DNA of 64,000 bases from contig OX597814.1 in the NCBI GenBank assembly GCA_951406725.2, positions 32,736,001 through 32,800,000 on the forward strand, in the 5' to 3' direction. This DNA comes from Octopus vulgaris (taxonomy: Eukaryota). Shown piece by piece: positions 1 to 13,415 of this stretch; within the stretch, counting starts at the first letter, position 1, and each line of letters begins with the position of its first letter. Made by a program: the position numbers and the translations under genes. The notes under the pieces were generated by a model. That model was not told the origin of the DNA. It saw only the letters and a list, made by a program, of their open reading frames with translations, and did not search any database.

Positions 1-194
1 TAGTAAAGCAAAGCTACACAACACCAAACTTCACGACAATTCTTCCTATAACCACAAAGTATCAGAGGGTCCACCGAACGAAACTGACCCATTTCTCATA
101 GAAGAATTTGAAATTTGCCTGATGGTTTTAAGAAACAATGCAATGACTAGCTAAGTAGAGATATACATATACATATTCACACATATAGGCACCC

Positions 195-854
<660 letters not shown>

Positions 855-964
855 TTTACATACATACATAGGGACAGGCAGATAAGCAAACAGATAGACA
901 GATGCACAAACAGACAGGCAAACAGGCAGACACTCTGACAAACAAATAAATAAATAGATTGATT

Positions 965-1002
<38 letters not shown>

Positions 1003-1029
1003 AAGATAGAGAGAGAGAGAGAGAGATAA

Positions 1030-1060
<31 letters not shown>

Positions 1061-1095
1061 TAAAGATAGATAGATAGATAGATAGATATAAAGAG

Positions 1096-1184
<89 letters not shown>

Positions 1185-1740
1185 TTAAACACTATTGTTT
1201 ATTAAACATTTTTGCTAGAGCTACACTCAATCTTTCTCCGTCACACGATCGACTATCGTTCAAGTTTTCTTTCTTTCTTATTAGTTATTTACAAGTTGGA
1301 AATATTTTTTAAAAAATATTGTTATACAATGTTTACAAAGCAAAAGTTTCCCGTATTTTCCATTGTACCAGAAGGTTCTGCCTGCAAGCAGAGTGCAAAT
1401 CTGTTCTTTTGTATAATGTAAAATATTTTCCCCCTGGAGATGGAATGAAGAAATGTACACACACACACATACACACACACACACACACTCACACACACTC
1501 TCTCTCTCACGCACAAACACACACACATATGTACACAAACCCACACACACCATACACGCATAAAAACGTTTGCACAAATACACGTAATCTCTTCTATTAT
1601 GTCTGCATATATGTATGTGTATGTGTGTATATACAAACACACACATACGCACATATACAACCCACACACACGCATACACACACATATGCATACATACGTA
1701 TACGTATATAAACTCAACAAAGGCTGCATTTATACATGTT

Positions 1741-1785
<45 letters not shown>

Positions 1786-2479
1786 AATGTATGCACGTAT
1801 ATATACTTCTATACAGATAAAAGTATGTATATGTATATGTATATGTCACACGTGTGTATTCTTGTGTGTGTGTGTGTGTGTGTACAGGAAACGAAATCGT
1901 GTGAAAGTATGTATTTTATTTCAGAAGTCATATTTTCCCCGGGGCAATCGATGCCCTTTGAACGTCCATTGCCTAAAATGGAAATTCAAGAAAATTCAAT
2001 GCCTCAGGTGAAACAGAATGAAATCCCATATGTATATAATAAGTGTGTGTGTGTGTGATTGTGTGAGTGTGTGTGTGATTGTGTGTTTGTGTGTGTGTCC
2101 CTTTGTATGTCTTTGTTCGTATATATGTGTGTGTATGTCTTTGTGTTTGTAGTTCTGTATGTGCATTACTCTATATGCGTTTATTTAAATGGTAGGATGT
2201 CGGTATACTTTAATAAGTTTATTTCTTCTCCGTCTCAACGGTGTTGTTGTTGTTGTTGCTGCTGCTGTTTTTATTGTTGTTGTTTCTGATCTAGTGTATT
2301 TATTTTGTTTCCGTTTTTATGCATAATTTTGTGTTTCTTTCAAGTGTATCCAATATAAAATACAACATCACTGCAAAATTTTGAACAGCTTGAGATAATT
2401 TTGTAGGTTTTCAGTGAGTTTGGATGTCTCACTATATTGGACTTACAAAGACGAGGAAACAGAAAGGACGCTCAGACAG

Positions 2480-2516
<37 letters not shown>

Positions 2517-2523
<7 letters not shown>

Positions 2524-2720
2524 TTAGGGTATCTAAGAGATACCACCACGCTGGAAATAGCAGCCAAAAATTGACTGTAAAACCACATTAAATGTTCATA
2601 CAGCACCAGGAGAGAAATCAAGAGACAAAATAAACTAGCAAAAAAAAAAAAAATTACTGGATAATTCCAGATTCCGGATTTCTGGGTCTGCATAAGAAAT
2701 GCTCTGTCTTCAGCACAAGG
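2517..2720 (-). mobile_element. Penelope-like terminal-repeat fragment related to family P3
   Basis: Flanked by (TA)n and (CA)n. Shares gaaatagcagccaaaa with the 49023-49563 and 40571-40820 copies. Degenerate CTGAAGA...GAAA motif on the minus strand (2679-2713). Confidence 0.45.
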
Positions 2721-2722
2721 AT

Positions 2723-2783
<61 letters not shown>

Positions 2784-2888
2784 ACATACGATATACTTAC
2801 ATATACGAACGAATATAGATACATATATATGCACGTATGCACACGACCAGTTTAAATTGTCCGCCTAAAACTCCTCGTGCGATATATG

Positions 2889-3063
<175 letters not shown>

Positions 3064-3302
3064 GCAGACATACAAACAGACAGACAAACAGACAGAAACT
3101 CAAACAAACAGACAGACAGATAGATACAGAGATAGGTCCAATGTTTCTGAAAAAAGTCGGTACTGTAAGTGATGAACGTTTGGGTAACCTATATTGAAAA
3201 ACAAATAGTGTTTAATATACACTCACACACATAGACGCACACACACACGCACGAACACTAGCAGACAAACAGACAGGCACACACACACACACACACACAT
3301 AT

Positions 3303-4010
3303 TCTTTTATGCTTCATTTGTTTCAGTCATTAGACTGCGACCATTCAGTTGAACGAATCTATCCCAGTAATTATTTATTTTTATACCCTGCTATTTATCT
3401 ATCGGCCTGTGTGCCGATCCACTAAGTTACGGGAATGTAAACTCAACGATTGTCAGTTGGTGGTAGGGCACACACTCCACACACACATACAAACACAGAC
3501 ATACATAGATACTAGCGACTTCTTTCAGTTTCCATTTGCCAAATCTACTCGAAAGGTCTGCTATAGTAAATAACACTTGCGTAAGATGGGATTGGACCTG
3601 GAACCATGTGGCTGGGTTGAACTCTCCCTACCATACAGTTACACACACACACACTCACACATTTGTGTATGTGTGTATGTGTCTGTGCATATATCTTTTA
3701 TCTTTTATCTTTTACTTGTTTCAGTCATTTGACTGCGACCATGCTGGAGCACCGCCTTTAGTCGAGCAAATCGACCCCGGGACTTATTCTTTGTAAGCCC
3801 AGTACTTATTCTATCGGTCTCTTTTGCTGAACCGCTAATGTTTTAGCCCGAAGGCCGCGGCCATGCTGGGGCACACTTTTATTATTTTATTTTTTTAACT
3901 TTTTTAGTCATTTCACTGGAACCATGCTGGAACACCGCCTTTAGTGGAACAAAATCTACTCCCACGACTTAATCTTTTTAAGTCTATCACTTATACTATC
4001 ACTTCTTTTA
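3303..4010 (-). mobile_element. Cluster of degraded/truncated SINE family A copies
   Basis: An old copy at ~3303-3640, a well-preserved 3' tail at 3697-3838 and a further tail at ~3890-4010, all matching the reverse complement of 43701-44127. Confidence 0.8.
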
Positions 4011-4152
4011 TAAAATCAAGTACTTTGTATTAATTTTTACCTAACATGTTTTTTTACATGCTACCTACTTGCAGAAATCCTATATAGGTTGTACCCTTAA
4101 TTCTGATTGATACACACACACGCACACGCACACACACACACATACACATACA

Positions 4153-4207
<55 letters not shown>

Positions 4208-4234
4208 GTATATATATATATATGTATGTATATA

Positions 4235-4642
4235 GGCTCAGGAGTGGCTGTGTGCTAAGTAGCTTGCTTCCCAACCACATGGTTCCGGGTTCAATTCCAC
4301 TGCGTAGTACCTTCGGCAAGTGTCTTCTACTATAGCGTCGGGCCGACCAAAACCTTGTAAGTGGATTTGGTAGACGGAAACTGAAAGAAGCCTGTCGTAT
4401 ATATATGTATGTGTGTATATATATAAAGGTGTTGGTGTCTGTTTTCCCCCCACCATCGCTTGAGAACCGATCTTGGTGTGTTTACGTTCCCGTAGCTTAG
4501 CAGTTAGGCATAAGACACAAATAGAATAAGTAACAGGCTTACAAAGAATAAGTCCTGGGGTCAATTTCTTCGACTAAAGGGCGGTGCTCCAGCATGGCGA
4601 CAGTCAGAATGAATAAACAAGTAAAAGAGAAAGAGAAAAGAA
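4235..4642 (+). mobile_element. tRNA-derived SINE, family A, full length
   Basis: Pol III A-box (tggctgtgtg..) and B-box (ggttcaattcc), CORE-like ggcaagtgtcttct, internal (TA)/(TG) tract, (aaaagag)n tail. Flanking direct repeat tatgtatgtatata (4221-4234 / 4643-4656). Confidence 0.9.
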
Positions 4643-4646
4643 TATG

Positions 4647-4680
<34 letters not shown>

Positions 4681-4691
<11 letters not shown>

Positions 4692-4998
4692 ATTAGAGAC
4701 AAAACCACTATTAGGCAAATCATACAATGAAAAACTTAAGCCAATACATAAGATTATTTAATTTATATTATTTAAATATATAACAAAATTATTAAAAAAA
4801 TATAATTAATAATTTTGTTATATATTTAAATAATATAAATTAAATAATCTTATGTATTGGCTTAAGTTTTTCATTGTATGATTTGCCTAATAGTGGTTTT
4901 GTCTCTAATTTAATATTATATAATATTTTACTATAAAATTGGATTCAATCCTAAATCTGATTTTTCCCTGTAAGTTTGGATTTATTCCCTAATATTTA
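4681..4998 (+). mobile_element. Penelope-like fold-back remnant, family P1 (115-bp inverted arms + ~80-bp tail)
   Basis: Arms 4681-4795 and 4806-4920 are reverse complements with a 10-bp spacer, followed by an unpaired tail. Embedded in (TA)n. Same family at 21035 and 28137, where hammerhead motifs are visible. Confidence 0.75.
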
Positions 4999-5028
4999 TT
5001 ATATATATATATATATACATGTGGGCAA

Positions 5029-5124
<96 letters not shown>

Positions 5125-5189
5125 ACTTATATAAGCTTTTAGTCATTATTGGCCCATGTCATGTCTAACTTTAAGAGCACTGCCTAGAT

Positions 5190-5640
5190 TAGTCTTTCAT
5201 GTCATGTCCTAGGATACCGTAGCACCGTTAGCTGGGAATTGTTTGCCAAGATATATCTCGATGTTGGTGGCTTGTCTAATATTTCTTCGATGAATTTGTC
5301 CAGATGGACTTTGAATGTATTGAGATGTTATTCTTCTTTGATTTCCTTTCATACGATGTTGACTAAGATAGGAGTAGCTGAAGCCAACAAAGAAAAAAAA
5401 TGTTTCAATATTGCTATGTGACTTGAGCTCGATTGTTGGACGAGATGAATGGCAGAGAAAGTTAGCTTTGGATAACGTTTTAGGAACTTTATACCTGCAT
5501 CGTTTTTAACAGTATTGATGGAATATTTCACACGATGCACAAATTATTACGGCTCACGGCGGTGTTGTAGAGAATAAAGTTTGAACATTTTAATGGGTTC
5601 CCAATAATGAAAACCAGTCATGTCATTTATTTACTTTGTT
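5190..5640 (-). mobile_element. Degraded 3' end of a CR1/L2-group LINE
   Basis: Minus-strand translation with stops: HRREP..VKNDAGIKF..PKL..; LNTFKVHLDKFIEEILDKPPTSRY...NS. Resembles the FKxxLDKFLxxIPDxP C-terminus of CR1-group ORF2. Confidence 0.6.
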
Positions 5641-5718
5641 TGTGATCGATATCTGGAGTGTTTCAATTCTCGTGTTGTTTTGTTCTGTGTATTGGGACTA
5701 TATTAGCAGTAACATTCA

Positions 5719-5944
5719 AGGCGAAACCGTGCAAATGTAAGAGAGAAAAGGATGATCGTATAAAGATCACTAGACAGGAAATTTTTAAGGATCAAAAACC
5801 TTGAATGTAAGAGAGAAGAGGATGATTGTATAAAGATCACTAGACAGGAAATTTTTAAGGATCAAAAAGCACATTATGTGTGCTATTTTGACATTATTGT
5901 TGATATATACACTTCAGCTTTGGTTGTTGTCCACGGTTTCACCT
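5719..5944. mobile_element. Possible small MITE with an internal 70-bp tandem duplication
   Basis: aggcgaaaccgtg (5719-5731) vs cacggtttcacct (5932-5944) inverted. Direct duplication with a 70-bp period at 5734-5868. Confidence 0.45.
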
Positions 5945-6355
5945 AAATCTCTTTTATTTTATATCACATGAAGTTCATATCGCTAGGCACGTGTAATAAT
6001 CCGCCGATCACAACACGCTGGATTCTGTTTGCCAGGAAATATTTATCCACAGTAGAAGATTATATATATTTGCATACACGAAACTCTCTCGACACTTGAG
6101 TCATAATGTAACTTCTGCCGATTAACAAAAACTATATATATATACTCATATTTGAGTTCTATTTTCCTGTTTGCATCACCAGACCTCTGTGAGTATGTGT
6201 GTGTGCGTGTGTGTGCGTGTGTGTGTGTGCGCGCGCATGCGCGCGCGTGTGTGCGTGTGTGCTTATATATGTATGCTTCTTAAATTAGTAAAATCATTGA
6301 TAGTAAGAATTCATAAACTCTGAATATTGACTAGGTTGTGTCGGTAGACTATATT

Positions 6356-6582
6356 GGCGAGCTGGCAGAAACGTTAGCGCGCTGGGCGAAATGCTTAGCA
6401 GTATTTCGTCTGTCGTTACGTTCTGAGTTCAAATTCCGCCGAGGTCGACTTTGCCTTTCATCCTTTCGGGGTCGATAAATTAAGTACCAGTTACGCACTG
6501 GGGTTGATGTAATCAACTTAATCCCTTTGTCTGTCCTTGTTTGTCCCCTCTATGTTTAGCCCCTTGTGGGCAGTAAAGAAAT
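6356..6582 (+). mobile_element. tRNA-derived SINE, family B
   Basis: A-box tggcagaaacg, B-box gagttcaaattcc, central gactttgcctttcatcctttcggggtcgataaattaagtacc, 3' hairpin gccc-cttgt-gggc then taaagaaa. Near-identical copies at 29612 and 57354. Confidence 0.9.
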
Positions 6583-7603
6583 ATATATTCTTGATACCCA
6601 CAAAAGAAAAAAAAAAAGAAAACAGTAAAATGTTTTTCGTGCCCAACATACTTACAAATTACCCTCATCTGAAAAGAAAAAAAAAAACATCTGAAACTGA
6701 CGTCCCAATCGATTATACATAATAGGTCTAGCATTGAAAGGTTAGAATAGGATGAGAGAAGTTATAGTGGCGATGAGAGCAGTAACGTGTGGGCTTGTAG
6801 TGGATGGAGGTGGACAGATCATTCATCTAAGTTTGACCGACACTCGCCTCCAATTTCATTCTTATCCTTCTCGACTTTACCATCCATAAAAATCTTTAAC
6901 TCTTTCCTAACATTTTTTCTCTCTTCCGTCCAATTTCGTTGCACGCATGCGCGCGATAACTAACTCTCCGTCATTTCCTATCATTTTTCACACTATCCAC
7001 TGTGTTATCATGCACCAGGGATGGAGCAAAAACGTTTAAGTTTCCAAAGCTTCGGAAATACCTCTCCCGATGACATATAAACCTTAGAAACTTTACACGA
7101 CAACAATATATAAACGTATGTTTAAGTGAGTGTGTGTGTAAGTCCTATGCGTGTATATGCATATACATCCGCTTACTTGTATAGAAACATTTGAGAGTGT
7201 GTATTCTTAGATATAAAACCAACGTTTCTGCTACGTGGTTACTGTTATTATGGTTTCGCTAGGTTTTGTTTTTTTTATTTTATTTTATTTATTTATCTAT
7301 TTTGTTAGTTATGTACATCTCTTATGTGTCTATATTCACAAATAGTTTATACGGTTTTGAACTGAAATAAAATATAATAAATAAATGTAAAAACAAGAGA
7401 CGTATTTACAAAATTTCTGAACATTGCTTTAAGCTATTTCTCCACTATCTCTTACGCCACCGCTGCCTTCTTTCCCAGCATCAGCCCCACGCAATCTTTT
7501 CATCTTTCTTTCTTCTGTCTCAGTGTCTGTCTGTCTTTATTTCTTATTCTCTCTCATACTCTCGCTTAATATATAAAGTTATAGGAGTATGTGTGTATGT
7601 ATG

Positions 7604-7681
<78 letters not shown>

Positions 7682-7827
7682 CATATGTGTACGTGTGTGG
7701 GTGTATAAATATGTGTAAGAATATGTATGTGTATAACTTACCCATTAAGATATACGCAAGATATGTATATAAATGTGTGTGAATGTGTATTCCTATGTAT
7801 AAATATGTATGTGTGAGCGCTTGTGCG

Positions 7828-7895
<68 letters not shown>

Positions 7896-8388
7896 CAGAT
7901 AGATCATAATACTTTTCTTTCTAGTTCCTTTACTCTGTGGTGTCCATTTTTTAAATGTTTTCTCTTGTTTTTGTTACCATCTTATTTCTTCTCTATCTCC
8001 TCATCTCATTCATACACACTAACAAACGCACTTATACTCACACTATCTCGCCTTCATTTCCTTTTTCTCTTTTATCCTCTCTCTTCCTCTCTCATCTCTC
8101 TCTCTCAGCCCCTCTCATTATATGTTTCTTGTTCTCTGTCTTTTGCCACTATTTCAAAAATTCCAGGCCACGTCTATTGCTTTTGGGCTTAAAGCCAAAT
8201 TTTGGTAACACCATCTGGTTACTCGAAGTAAAAGCTGGCGTTTGTCTGATATTTTCTTTGAGGGCATCCATCTTGCCGCCACTATATCTTGAGGCGATTT
8301 AACAGTAAGTTGAGATTTCAGGTTTTGTATTTTCCTTTACATTTCATTATTATTTCTATTGCGGCTGAAATAGTAGTAGTAATAGTAA

Positions 8389-8424
<36 letters not shown>

Positions 8425-9175
8425 ATTTCCTCTTGTCCTCCTTTCTTCTGTGTACCGGTGCCAAATCGTTTATAAGGTGGTTTACGGGTCAACCCGTCAC
8501 ACGTAGACGGCTGGGTCACATGTCGCTCGAAGCTACACTTTGGGGGTATTTTTATATATACATACATATATATACATATATACATCAATAAATACATACA
8601 CACACAAACACACACACACACACACATATGAGAGAGAGAGAGAGAAAGCGAAGGAGCTTGGGAGTAGTGGGGTAAGGTGGTGGTCGAAAGAAAAGGCGTC
8701 CGTCTTTTAATCCTAATGAGCAGAGTCAGGAATGTAGGCTAGAAGCGTCTAGCTCACTGTGCACCTGCCAATGTGAGTTTATCGCAAAATGATTTAGCCT
8801 GCGGTTTCACCTGAAGCAAACCGAAAGGAGAAAAAAAAAAAGGAACTCTTCTCCATAAGTAAACAACTACTGTAAGATTCGTTAATGTGGGTACTGAATT
8901 GTTCTTGTTCTTCTTCTGATGGTGTGGTGCCGGTCGGACGAACGGCTTGCTTTGCCGGTATGCCTGCATGCCTGCTCTCCTGCTGCCTACCTACCAGCTG
9001 CCAAGACAAGCGTTTGGATAGCTTTCATGTAGGATGAAAATATGTTTCACCCAGATTGTCAAAATAAAGGCGTCACTGTCGCTGTTTAGCAGTTTTGTCC
9101 TTAATAAGTTTTATCTCGTCTTTACGAGTGACAGTACAAAAATATGTATCCACGCATATAGCAATTCAATCTATC

Positions 9176-9242
<67 letters not shown>

Positions 9243-9422
9243 GTATTTATACACACATATATCTATATGGATGTATATTAATCTATGATAGATTTCAGTG
9301 ATATCGCTTTCAGAAGTTTTTCGGCAGTCATTGCGACTAGCGTATTATAACGACTAGCTAAATCATAAAGTTGAAATGACAGCAGTGTTGTATCAATGGC
9401 AAACAACACACACACGTACACA

Positions 9423-9487
<65 letters not shown>

Positions 9488-10089
9488 TTATTCATTCATT
9501 CATTCATTCATTCATTCACACACTCATACCGGAAGAGAGACAAAGAGAGATCATTTTTACAGATATTTTATATTTAGCTCATTACATGCTTTGGTTTATT
9601 TTGAATACTGCCCCAGCATGGCCGCAGCTCGTGAGCTGAAATAATATAAATAACCCTATATTTCTATGTATCACCCAATGATTTCGTTTATAATGTATTT
9701 ATTACTAACAATTATTATAAGATACTTCAGACAGTTTTGAGTAACCGACACTCAAACGCACCGCCCACTAGGTCGTATCTGTCAGCTTGGCGTAAAACTC
9801 TCTGCATACGATATGGCTCCGTAACATTAACAAATGTCCAGAAAAGTTTCAAGTTTGTCACTCTGTCTTGTGACTTCATGATAGTATTATCATCATTCCA
9901 TTTTTCCCGCCTTCCCTTAGTTATAATATTTTTTTCTTTCTATTCAAAGTTAACTCTTAATCTATGCCAATTCTATTCATTGTTGATATCTATAAAACAT
10001 AAAGATATTTTTTCTATAGGCGTGGCTGTGTGGTAAGAAGCTTGTTTCCCGAATTTTTTGTCGGATGTGTTGTTGAAAACGTTAGATTA

Positions 10090-10309
10090 CCTCTCTCCCT
10101 CTTTTACTCTTTTACTCGTTTCAGTCATTTGACTGCGGCTATGCTGGAGCACCGCCTTTAGTCGAGCAAATCGACCCCGGGACTTATTCTTTGTAACCCC
10201 AGTACTTATTCTATCGGTCTCTTTTGCCGAACCGCTAAGTAACGGGGACGTAAACACACCAGCATCGGTTGTCAAGCAATGCTAGGGGGACAAACACAGA
10301 CACACAAAC

Positions 10310-10340
<31 letters not shown>

Positions 10341-10510
10341 CATATATACGACAGGCTTCTTTCAGTTTCCATCTACCAAATCCACTCACAAGGCATTGGT
10401 CGGCCCGGGGCTATAGCAGAAGACACTTGCCCAAAATGCCACGCAGTGGGACTGAACCCGGAACCATGTGGTTGGTTAGCAAGCTACTTACCACCAGCCA
10501 CTCCGGCGCC
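10090..10510 (-). mobile_element. SINE family A, full length, nested in Tx1
   Basis: Near-identical to the reverse complement of 43701-44127. Confidence 0.92.
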
Positions 10511-10521
10511 TGGTAAAGGAA

Positions 10522-10640
10522 TTCTTACAGCACCTAGGTTTCCCAAGCGGTCACCCAGCTAAGTACTAACTAGGCTCGATGTTGCTTAACTTCGGTGACC
10601 GGACGAGAACCGGTGCTTTCAGCGTGATATGGCCGTTTGG
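10522..10640 (-). rRNA. 5S rRNA: 5S rRNA-like sequence (probably a pseudogene / captured copy)
   Basis: Minus strand reads ccaaacggccatatcacgctgaaagcaccggttctcgtccggtcaccgaagttaagcaacatcgagcctagttagtacttagctgggtgaccgcttgggaaacctaggtgctgtaagaat (119 nt) with box A and box C. The ends do not pair well in helix I and no T4 terminator follows. Confidence 0.85.
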
Positions 10641-10920
10641 AATTGTTATTGTTATTTGTTGAACATTGAAGTTTATTGTTGAACCTTATTGAATCAATTT
10701 TATTTCCCGGTTTTACCGGGGAATAACTAAAGGAGAAGGAATTCTTGACCAGTATTTGTTGGCCATTGTGGCATTTTTATGAACGTTGTTGTGTCAAACT
10801 GTGTATAGTCTTTTTGTGCCCCTCCCCCTAACGGGGGTGGGATTTGGACTTTGTTAGTGAAATGTTGTCTTCTTCAAATGGAATTTTTTGTATTTCCCAT
10901 TTTTGTAGGAAACTATTTGC

Positions 10921-11334
10921 TTTACTCTTTACTCTTTACTCTTTTACTTGTTTCAGTCATTTGACTGCGGCCATGCTGGAGCACCGCCTTTAGTCGAGCA
11001 AATCGACCCCGGGACTTATTCTTTATAAGCCCAGTACTTATTCTATCGGTCTCTTTTGCCGAACCGCTAAGTGACGGGGACGTAAACACACCAGCATCGG
11101 TTGTCAAGCGATATTGGGGGGGACAAACACAGACACACAAACACACACATATACACATATATACATATATACGACAGGCTTCTTTCAGTTTCCGTCTACC
11201 AAATCCACTCACAAGGCATTGGTCGGCCCGGGGCTGTAGCAGAAGACACTTGCCCAAGATGCCACGCAGTGGGACTGAACCCGGAACCATGTGGTTGGTT
11301 AGCAAGCTACTTACTACACAGCCACTCCTGCGCC
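10921..11334 (-). mobile_element. SINE family A, full length, nested in Tx1
   Basis: Near-identical to other young family A copies. Confidence 0.92.
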
Positions 11335-11740
11335 TTGTGTAATTTACTTGTGAAATTAATTTCAACCGAAGAATGTCGGTTGAAATTGTACATGAAAGGT
11401 GCACTCTTGTAGAGAGTAATCAAAAAAATTTGAAAAAAATCTTCGGTGGTTGCCGCAGTGGCAACCGAAAATATCGACATTCCTGTCGATCAGCTGGAAT
11501 GTATATTTAAAAGAATGAAAGAGGAGGGCGGTGACGTTAAAATGTCTCCCTCCTCCAGTGTGGTCGACACAGAAAAAACGGACCTTAGTGTTTAAATTCT
11601 TCTGCCAACAAAACAGAAGGTTTAAACAATTTGAGAAAGAGAAAATTGAAAAATGCCTGTCCTCGATATGGTAAGACGTAGCCTATAATGCAAGAGGATG
11701 GGCATACGGTACAGTTGAGGTCCGTGTCTCTAGTGAAGAG

Positions 11741-12256
11741 GTGGCCCGCGGGCATTCCGTATGTTCCCTGAAGACAAAGAAGGTGGTACTTTTACAAACA
11801 TACATGGGGAGGCGGACTTCCCGTGTGAAGGTGACAGAAGTACCACTGGAGGTTGACCCGATGGAGGTGATGGCCGCCTTGTTGTTTAGCAGGATGGACT
11901 GTATAAAATTCTTGCAAATTACATGCTCTGCCCCCAGAATTCGATCGGGTGGAGCATTACAGCAACTGAGGACGCTGGAAGACCTTCAGGAGCTTCCTGA
12001 AACGGTGCTCGTGGGCGAGAATATGGCCTTTAGAGTGCAGGTGGAAGGAAGAAAACACACCTGCCATGAATGTGGGGAAATGCCACAATCGCGTGAACTG
12101 CGAAACAAGGAAACAAACAGAGAAGGAAAAGATGGAAAAAATGGCGCAGACTCCAAGCCCTTCAGAAAACCCCAAAATAGTCCCCAAACCTATGCATATA
12201 CCAGACCCCACACAAGTAAAAATTTCCACTCCCCCAACTGCGGTGCCGGACCCTAA
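11741..12256 (+). pseudogene. Tx1 ORF1 remnant (gag-like, zinc knuckle), frameshifted
   Basis: RVKVTEVPLEV...LPETVLVGENMAFRVQVEGRKHTCHECGE resembles L1/Tx1 ORF1 with a CxxCG knuckle, followed by a low-complexity P/T/K-rich region. Confidence 0.65.
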
Positions 12257-12801
12257 ACATAACACCACAAAAACCCAATCCCTGCAAACACAAACCCCGA
12301 CACAATTAAAATTACCCACTTCCTTGTTGGCACCTGATTGAAAAAGTGCAGCTCCCTCGGACGACACTATGGAAGTGGTCAAGGAGGAGTACGCAGTAGT
12401 TCGTAAACGAACTCATACACCGTCCACATCCATTTCCCTCCACAAATACAACCGAGAACACAGCAAATTACAAAAAAAAAAAAAAATCCGCCTCCTTGAC
12501 CTGGAAAAAAGATCACTATGACATTAAGGTGTTGGTGGAATTTGACACCAGAGGCAAATACACAGACGAAATAATTGTGAACCACCATACCGCCAAGCTT
12601 TTCTTGAAGCACAAAAACTTTCCGAAGAGGTGTGCCTGGGCTCAGCATCTCACATCTTGGCAGCGAGAACGGCATTGGAACATAACTACAAAGCTAATCA
12701 TGAGGGGTGTAGAGTTCGGGCTAAAGTACGAGTATTGGGCCGTGAGGGAATTAATGTTGCCGGATGGGCCCGCATGATCTATGGCGCAGAAGAGGAGCTT
12801 C

Positions 12802-13415
12802 GCATATGTGGATGACATCTCCATCATCGTGGCGGATAAGGACCAGCTTCCAACGATGGAAAAAGGCCATCAAAAGTTACGAAACAGTGGCAGAAGCAAA
12901 GGTTAACAAGGACAAGACGGACGGTTTGCAACTCAGCACCTGGAGGGGCAAGCCGACGGCGTCCAATAACGTCGCGTGGCTACAATGAAAATCAGTTGGT
13001 CAACCTGTTCAGGAGAACGTTCGGCCCGGGGTATCTGGATAATTGCCAGAAATCACTGGTTTGGCAGTGCTTCCGTGCGGCGTTACCTATTCATGACAAG
13101 CTGCCAAGGCACGGAAGTGCCTTCTCGCCGACATACTCGAGATGTGGGCAGGATAGGGAAACCGTCTTGCACGCATTCGTGGATTGTCCGAAGTTATCAG
13201 GACTAATAGCTTTTGTCGAACAACTGTTGTCAGTGTTTGGAAGAGTACAGCTATTAGCTGATTCTGTCGTCGAGATTGTGCCACCTCCTTTCCTTAACAG
13301 GGAAAGGAAGGTTTGTTTTCTCTGCGTAGTAGCCATACTGAAAGAGACTGTATGGAAGACGCGTGTGAAAGGTATAAGTGACAGGTACCTTTGTCTCTGG
13401 CCAGGGGTTGGTTAA
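12802..13415 (+). pseudogene. Tx1 ORF2 remnants (RT YxDD segment joined to zf-RVT segment)
   Basis: YVDD at 12805-12816, frameshift, AIKSYETVAEAKVNKDKT, then a deletion to the C-terminal zinc-finger region. The endonuclease domain is absent. Confidence 0.8.

Noticed and set aside
8149-8271. Short minus-strand ORF MDALKENIRQ... in a good ggcggcaagATGG context
   Set aside because: About 40 codons with no recognisable homology; cannot be supported as a CDS.
10522-10640. Functional 5S rRNA gene array
   Set aside because: Single copy, mismatched helix I ends, no oligo-T terminator, and located inside a retroelement.
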